Source: Camelus dromedarius (Eukaryota). Taken from it: a stretch of 64,000 bases of DNA. Numbering within the stretch: position 1 is the stretch's first letter; each line of letters opens with the position of its first letter. The DNA lies in assembly GCF_036321535.1 (NCBI RefSeq), contig NC_087437.1, forward strand, positions 67,210,001 to 67,274,000, written 5' to 3'. The notes under the pieces were generated by a model, which worked only from the letters and a program-made list of their open reading frames with translations, had not been told where the DNA came from and did no database searches. Below, one piece after another: positions 63,348 through 64,000 of the stretch. A program made the translations under genes and the position numbers.

Positions 63348-63767
63348 TGTATTAGTCAGGATTCTCTGCAGAAACAGAACCAGTAGGATGTGTATGGATA
63401 TAGGAAGAGAGAAAGTTTTATTATCAGCAATTGGCTTGTGCCGTTGCGGAGGCTGGTGAATCCAAAAGCTGCAGTGCAGGCTGGCAGGCTAGAGACTAAC
63501 AGATCCAGTGGTGCAGGTCCAGTCTGAAGGCAGGCCACCTCCAGACCCAGAAGGGGTGAGAGAACAGGCGAAGTCCGAGGCAGTCTTCTGGAGCTTTGAG
63601 TCTTGCCTGGGGTGGCCGGATCTTTTTGTTTTATGCAGTCCTTCAGCCGACTGGATGAGGCGCATTCATCTTATAGAGGGTGGTTTGTTTGCTTAAAGTT
63701 CACCAGTTTTAATTTCAATCTTACCTAAAAGCATCCTCCAATTTAACACATAAGATGAACCATCACA
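63348..63767 (-). mobile_element. MLT2 (ERVL) solo LTR nested in the LTR33-like element
   Basis: Termini TGTATTAGTCAGGATTCTC..GAAACAGAACCA and AACCATCACA; CAGCCGACTGGATGAGGC. Confidence 0.88.
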
Positions 63768-64000
63768 CTGGCAAAAGCCTAGCTGGTAAAGCTTCAGGAT
63801 CCAGGAAACAGAATTTCAAATAGCGAATGTGGGATTGGTTATTGGATTTAGTGAGGCTTAAATGAGAAATGACCAGGGAAAACTGGAAAGCTCATAGTTT
63901 ATGGCACGTGGTGGTAAAAACTTAGTTAAATTTTCATTTATATTTGTCCATAGCTAAGTGTCTATGAGATATAATGCATCAGAAGACAAAGTGGCTGTTG
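63768..64000 (+). mobile_element. End of LTR and start of ERVL-type internal sequence
   Basis: CTGGTA..CCAGGAAACAGA..GGGATTGGTTATTGGAT follows the LTR end, as in old ERVL internal regions. Confidence 0.4.

Overview
Mammalian, CpG-poor, non-coding genomic DNA, most likely from a camelid: it carries three copies of a tRNA-Ala(AGC)-derived vic-1-like SINE, and I saw no ruminant, pig or primate SINEs. I recognise no cellular protein-coding exon, RNA gene, CpG island or prokaryote-type system. The only ORFs with recognisable protein are LINE-1 ORF2 remnants. The window is a layered transposon landscape: a 5'-complete but ORF1-less L1 (1281-7493, minus) inserted in an L2, several younger 5'-truncated L1s with TSDs, MaLR/ERVL LTRs (MLT1, MLT2, LTR33-like), hAT/Tc2 fossils (MER5, MER45, MER94, MER104-like), and MIR, L2 and L3 fossils. 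Repeat family names come from recalled consensus sequences, not a database search, and boundaries of old elements are approximate. The most unusual signals are structural scars: an exact 23-bp inverted copy 3.4 kb apart, an exact 36-bp direct copy 444 bp apart, a three-part L1 chimera, a foldback micro-inversion at an L1 5' end, and a SINE that lost its B box between GTACT microhomologies. I found no convincing new biological system.
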